A stretch of 64,000 nt of DNA from Thermodesulfobacteriota bacterium (GTDB taxonomy: Bacteria; Desulfobacterota; Binatia; Bin18). The notes under the pieces were generated by a model. The model did not search any database. It was not told the origin of the DNA and was given only the letters and a program-made list of their open reading frames with translations. This document shows positions 59,306 to 64,000 of the stretch, one piece after another. The stretch is from assembly GCA_964291405.2 (NCBI GenBank), contig OZ219926.1, positions 4,032,001-4,096,000 of the forward strand, written 5' to 3'. How positions within the stretch are numbered: the first letter of the stretch is position 1; the number at the start of each line of letters is the position of its first letter. The position numbers and the translations under genes are program-made.

Positions 59306-59601
59306 GGTGTCGTTCTCCTTCCGGCTGATTTGATCTGACATTCCCGATACTGCTGTTTGTCTTTCACGTCCCCTTCCTCCCCGTCAACAGGAGAGACGCT
59401 TCGGTTCGTCCATGTTTTCTCGTCTTCCCTTGTCATTTTTCTGACCATTTCTATCAATTTTGATAGTGTACGGCGCGGCAAGATCGTGTATGGTGCGGGC
59501 TTTGATTGAAACCTTAAAGGGTCAAGTGCGCGTGAACCCCCATATCCTCAAACCGAGCCCCGCCCCGCTAGGAGTAGCCCCAAGAAAGTAGAGACTGCTG
59601 T

Positions 59602-62600
59602 ATGCCCCCCCTCCGTCGTTGCCCCATCTCTCCCTCCTGCCTGTTCGCTCTCGCCTGTCTACTCCTCCTGTCCGTGTATCGGGTTCCGGCCGTCAGGGCG
59701 CAAGCCGTACTGGAGAACCCGGCCCCGGATTCCGCGCAGAGTGGGGTCGGAGTGATTTCGGGCTGGGCGTGCGAGGCGAATCGGATTGAGATTCAGTTCA
59801 ACGACCGGCCGCCCCAAGCCGCGGCCTACGGCACGAGCCGACCCGATACCCAGGGGGTGTGTGGGGATAGCAATAACGGCTTTGGGCTGCTGTTCAACTG
59901 GAACCGGCTGGACGATGGGCTCCACACCGTGCGGGCGCTGCTCGATGGTGCGCGGAGTTTGCGCGGACCCAAGTGAGCGTCACCACCTTTGGCGAGGAGT
60001 TTCCACGCGGCTTCCGGGGCAGCGTAGCCGTCGCCGACTTTCCCAACTCGGGCGAGCGGCGGACCCTGGTGTGGCAACAGTCCCAGCAGAATTTTGTCAT
60101 CACCGCTGGTCAGCCCAGCCAAGGCGGAGGCGCGAGCGGGGGTTCTCCGCAGGTGTTGGAAAACCCCCCGCCGGGCTCATTTCAGAGCGGCGTGGGGGTA
60201 CTCTCGGGCTGGGTGTGTGACGCCGAGCGGGTCGAACTCATTATCGGGGACTTGCCCCCCCAAAGAGCCGGCTACGGGACCGAACGGCTGGACACGGCCG
60301 GGGCGTGTGGGGATACGGACAACGGCTTTGGACTCCTGTTCAACTGGAATCGCCTCAGAGACGGACTCCACACGGTCCGGGCCCTGGCCGATGGGCGAGA
60401 GTTTGCCCAAGTGACCGTGCAGGTGACCACCTTGGGGGAAGAGTTTGCGCGGGGGCTGAGCCAGGAGGTCACCCTGGCCGACTTCCCGGAGATGGGCACC
60501 GACACCACCCTGGTGTGGCAGCAGGCCCAACAGAATTTTATCGTGACCACTGCCCTGCCCACCCAGCGGCAGGTGTCAGTCAGCCCGGCGGTTACTATCC
60601 CGGCGGGTGTCACCTCCGTCTCAGCGTCGAATGTCAGCGTCACCGCCCTGGCTCCTCCACCAGCGAGGTGCGGGCCAGTCCCGCGCCCACGCTACTACTG
60701 GCCGAGGACGATGGGGGGACAGTGCTGCTGACCCTGGCCGATCTGGACGGGGGGTTGCTGGGCGAGGGCTCCGGCCAGGTGGAGGCCAGCATCGACAGCA
60801 CCGCCGTGACCCTGGTGGCGCTGACCGCCGGAGTTCCGCTGCATGCCATCGACCAGAGCCTGGTCGACGAGATCCAAGCCCACGCGCAGTATCCGGCCTT
60901 ATGCCAAGCTATGACCCAGGCCTTGCAGGCGGACAAGAACTTTCTGGACCAGATTCTGACCTATCCCGAGGTGATGCGGCTGATTCGGGAGGTGGCGACG
61001 TTTCAGACCAACACGGCGCAGGCCCTCGCTGCGCCCATCGCCGCGGCCCCGCCGCCTCCCCAGCCGACGAGTATCGCGCAGGCGATTGCTGCCGCCCTGG
61101 CCGACCTCCAGCAGAGCGCCAGTATCCAAGCGGCAGGGCTGCCAGATGGCGAGCGCCACGACTTTGTGTGGTGGAGTCCCTGGGACGAGCATGAGCCGTG
61201 GCGCTGGTTTGACAGCGGTATTCTCTTCGCGCCGCCGTTTCTGGCCAATTCCCTCCATCCCGACTACCGTTCCCTGCATGCGACGGGCAATCCCAACTAC
61301 GTGGCGTATGCGCTGGAGTTGTACACGCAGGAGGCCTATCGGGACTGGCTCTACATCTCGGGCAACGGGTCGGTGGTGGAGAAGGTCGGCAATTCGGGCG
61401 CGGCCCAACGTCTCATTACGGCACGGCCGGGAGGGGCAGGGTATCGGTTCAGCCCGGATATTGCCCAGGTCCGCTTTGCCCGCTATCGCTTGAGCGCTGG
61501 CAGCTGGCGGGCCGGGATCCTGAGCTTTATCAACACCTTCAATATGGCCTTGTCAGTGGTGCATCTCCTGGCCGATGTCCGGGCGCTCTCGACGTGGTTG
61601 GATACGCTGGGAGAGCTGGATGATGCCGTGCAAGCGGCCCTGCTTCCGTGTTTTGTCGATATAGCGACCGGCCTGCAACCCCCGGACGAGACGGCGGGTG
61701 ATGCGGATGAACAGGCGTCGAGATTTCTCACGTCGACTTTGGGAAATACGTTTAGGAAGGCGTTCAACTGCCTCCTGAGTAACCCGAGTGCCTTGCTAAG
61801 GAAGCTAGGGCTCGACGGTGACTTACTCAAAGACATGATCAATGAGACGCTCCACCGAACGCTGCCCAAAGTGTTCGCCAAGACGTCGAACCCGGCGGGC
61901 TGGGCAGCCTTGATCTTGGACGGGGCGAATACGACCGCGCCGGTCCTCGGTTCGTATTTTCTGCCGGCCGCGGGTGATGTGGACTATGCGCTGGAGTGGG
62001 CGACGACGGCCGACGGGACGCCGTATATTGTCCGGGTGACTGAGCAGCCGGTGCGGGTGACCGGCCCGCCGATTGAGCCGCCGGGGCCGCCGGCACGGCC
62101 GACCAACCTGCGGGTGAGTGCCAGTGGGGCGACGGTGACGGTGCGCTGGGATGCTGTGGCGGGGACGGGCATCCGCTATGTGCTGTACCAGCACTATGGG
62201 GGCGGCCGGTATTGGGCGCGGGAGGTAGACGGACGGAGCACGACCTTTGACGACCGGCAGGCCAATACGGAGTATTGTTTTACGGTGGTGGCGGTGAATC
62301 CGGCCCGGCAGGAGTCGGCCCCGTCGGCCAGACAGTGTGTCCGGACGGGGACGGACGATGACGGCGAACTACCACCGCCGGGCACGACATTCACGGACCC
62401 GCTCACGGCAGGCGGGGTGGGGCCGGAGATGGTAGTGCTGCCAGCAGGTTCATTCCGCATGGGATGTCTGAGCGATGACAACGATTGCCGGGATGCCGAG
62501 TTGCCGGTGCACCAGGTGACCGTTCCGTCATTTGCGATAGGGAAGTATGAGGTGACGTTTGCCGAGTGGGATGCGTGCGTGGCGGGCGGGGGATGCAAGG

Positions 62601-63127
62601 GGTACCAGCCGCCCGATCAGGGCTGGGGGCGTGGCGACCGGCCGGTGATCAACGTGAGCTGGGAAGCCGCGCAGTCCTACGTGATATGGCTGTCGGCGCA
62701 GACGGGCGAGACCTACCGGTTACCGAGCGAGGCGGAGTGGGAGTACGCGGCGCGGGCGGGGACGGAGACGAAGTATCACTGGGGCAACAGCATTGTTGGA
62801 CAGAACCGGGCGAACTGCAAAGGCTGTGGCAGTCTGTGGGACGGTGAGGAGACTGCGCCGGTGGGGAGTTTTGGGCCGAACGCGTTTGGGCTGTACGATG
62901 TGCACGGGAATGTGTGGGAATGGGTGCTAGATTGTTGGAACTCGCATTATGTGGGGGCGCCAAGTAACGAGCAGGCGTGGGAAGCAGGACAGTGTGATTG
63001 GCATCCCATACGCGGCGGTTCCTGGGAATCCACTCCAAGGGCGCTCCGTTCGGCCTTCCGCGGCGCTCAAGGCGCTGGCAGTTTGGGCATCCGCACCGGG
63101 TTCCGTGTGGCCCGGTCGCTGCCTTAG
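59602..63127 (+). CDS. large secreted protein: two tandem ~133-aa repeats, central region, FN3 domain and FGE-sulfatase (SUMF1/CLec) domain; interrupted by two frameshifts
   Basis: Track ORFs 59602, 59973 and 60305 join at about 59950 and 60650; PTNL..W..V...Y (FN3); GPEMVVLPAGSFRMG, RLPSEAEWEYAAR, RGGSW, GFRVAR. Confidence 0.8.
59704..60548 (+). repeat. intragenic tandem domain duplication (2 x ~400 nt)
   Basis: Both units read VLENP...QSGVGV.SGW.C...YGT.R.DT...CGD..NGFGLLFNWNRL.DGLHTVRAL...WQQ.QQNF. Confidence 0.85.
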
Positions 63128-63248
63128 TTCCTGAATCTCTACTTCTTCACCTTTGGGGGTCCAGGGGGCGTCGTCCTTTGGCCGAATTTCTGGGAACCGG
63201 CGAAGGGGGTTGCGTGACAGGCAATGCGACAGTGGCTTCACTGCCGCG

Positions 63249-63278
63249 TTGACCCGAGCGTCGCCGGTTGTATAGGAT
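63249..63278 (+). promoter_or_regulatory. putative sigma70 promoter for the sulfurtransferase
   Basis: TTGACC-N18-TAGGAT. Confidence 0.3.
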
Positions 63279-63318
63279 GCCAACGCATTTTTTAGCCTGA
63301 ACAGGAGAAAGGGAACCA

Positions 63319-64000
63319 ATGAAAGCCTATGCACACCCTGAAGTACTGGTTGATCCGCAGTGGGTTGCCGCACATCTGAATGATCCGCAGGTGCGCATCG
63401 TTGAGGCGCATATCGATCCTGCGCCGTATGAATCCGGTCATATTCCGGGGGCAGTTTTTTGGAACGGTTTTGAGACGCTGCTCACACCGGACTGGCGCAT
63501 CAATTTTGACATAGCCGCAGTCGAACAGTTCTGCGGACGGTCGGGCATGGATAACGACACCACCGTGATCGCCTATAGCGACCATAGTGCGATTGCGCCG
63601 TGGGTATTCTGGTTTCTCAAATCCGTCGGTCACGGTGAGGTGCGTGTCCTCAATGGCGGACGCAAGAAATGGGTTACCGACGGCCATGCGCTGACGACCG
63701 AGGTGCCGACCATTACGGCTACGAGCTATACCGCCCGTGAGCCCGACCCGGACCTGCGGGCGCTACAGGAGCAGGTTCGGGCTGCCGTTGGGAAAGAGAA
63801 CCAAGTCCTGCTGGACGTCCGCACTCCCGAGGAATATCGGGGTGAATTATTCCTGCTGGAGCCGCCCCAAGGCAGCGAGCGGGGCGGCCATATTCCAGGT
63901 GCGACCCATCTCTATTATGAAGCTGCTCTCAACGACGACGAGACGTTCAAATCTGCGGACGAGCTGACCGCCCTCTACGCGAGCCATGGCGTCACCGCGG
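63319..64000 (+). CDS. rhodanese-type sulfurtransferase (SseA/CysA-like), 3'-truncated by the window edge
   Basis: Absent from the ORF track; ATG 63319 reads MKAYAHPEVLVDPQWV...YESGHIPGAV...LNGGRKKW...LLDVRTPEEY...GHIPGA. Confidence 0.9.
   Translation, partial: MKAYAHPEVLVDPQWVAAHLNDPQVRIVEAHIDPAPYESGHIPGAVFWNGFETLLTPDWRINFDIAAVEQFCGRSGMDNDTTVIAYSDHSAIAPWVFWFLKSVGHGEVRVLNGGRKKWVTDGHALTTEVPTITATSYTAREPDPDLRALQEQVRAAVGKENQVLLDVRTPEEYRGELFLLEPPQGSERGGHIPGATHLYYEAALNDDETFKSADELTALYASHGVTA

Noticed and set aside
60305-60650. N-terminal ~115 aa of the 940-aa track ORF
   Set aside because: Off-frame translation of repeat 2; the real coding frame there is that of ORF 59973 until the frameshift near 60650.
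1-64000. CRISPR arrays, tRNA/rRNA, riboswitches, or a complete DGR (RT, TR, avd)
   Set aside because: No regularly spaced repeats, cloverleaf or rRNA-like segments, RT motifs, or AAC-rich template repeat were seen by eye; a covariance-model search was not possible.

Overview
A gene-dense, GC-rich (about 60% by eye) bacterial window from a diderm organism. The gene content (six luciferase-like monooxygenases, DUF1329, Sel1 repeats, PAS-LuxR, an FN3/FGE-sulfatase surface protein) resembles Binatia/Tectomicrobia-type symbiont genomes; this is inference only. It holds about 55 CDS, including two tripartite RND efflux systems, an AttEFGH-like ABC/lipocalin cluster with SRPBCC/DUF2878/TIGR01777 genes, hydantoinase/oxoprolinase A+B, an IS630 remnant and several decayed or frameshifted genes. 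No rRNA, tRNA, CRISPR array or reverse transcriptase was seen. Best leads: (1) a frameshift-split ~1170-aa secreted protein whose C-terminal FGE-sulfatase (CLec) domain ends in a DGR-like variable region followed by a decayed hairpin, i.e. a candidate remote or frozen diversity-generating-retroelement target; (2) three periplasmic-binding-protein-fold genes with no signal peptide and no transporter, possibly cytoplasmic enzymes; (3) a monoheme cytochrome c fused to a probable outer-membrane barrel; (4) a near-duplicate monooxygenase used in two different contexts. Note that the ORF track mislabels the strand of 12909..13295, which is on the minus strand. All family calls come from motif recognition, not database searches.
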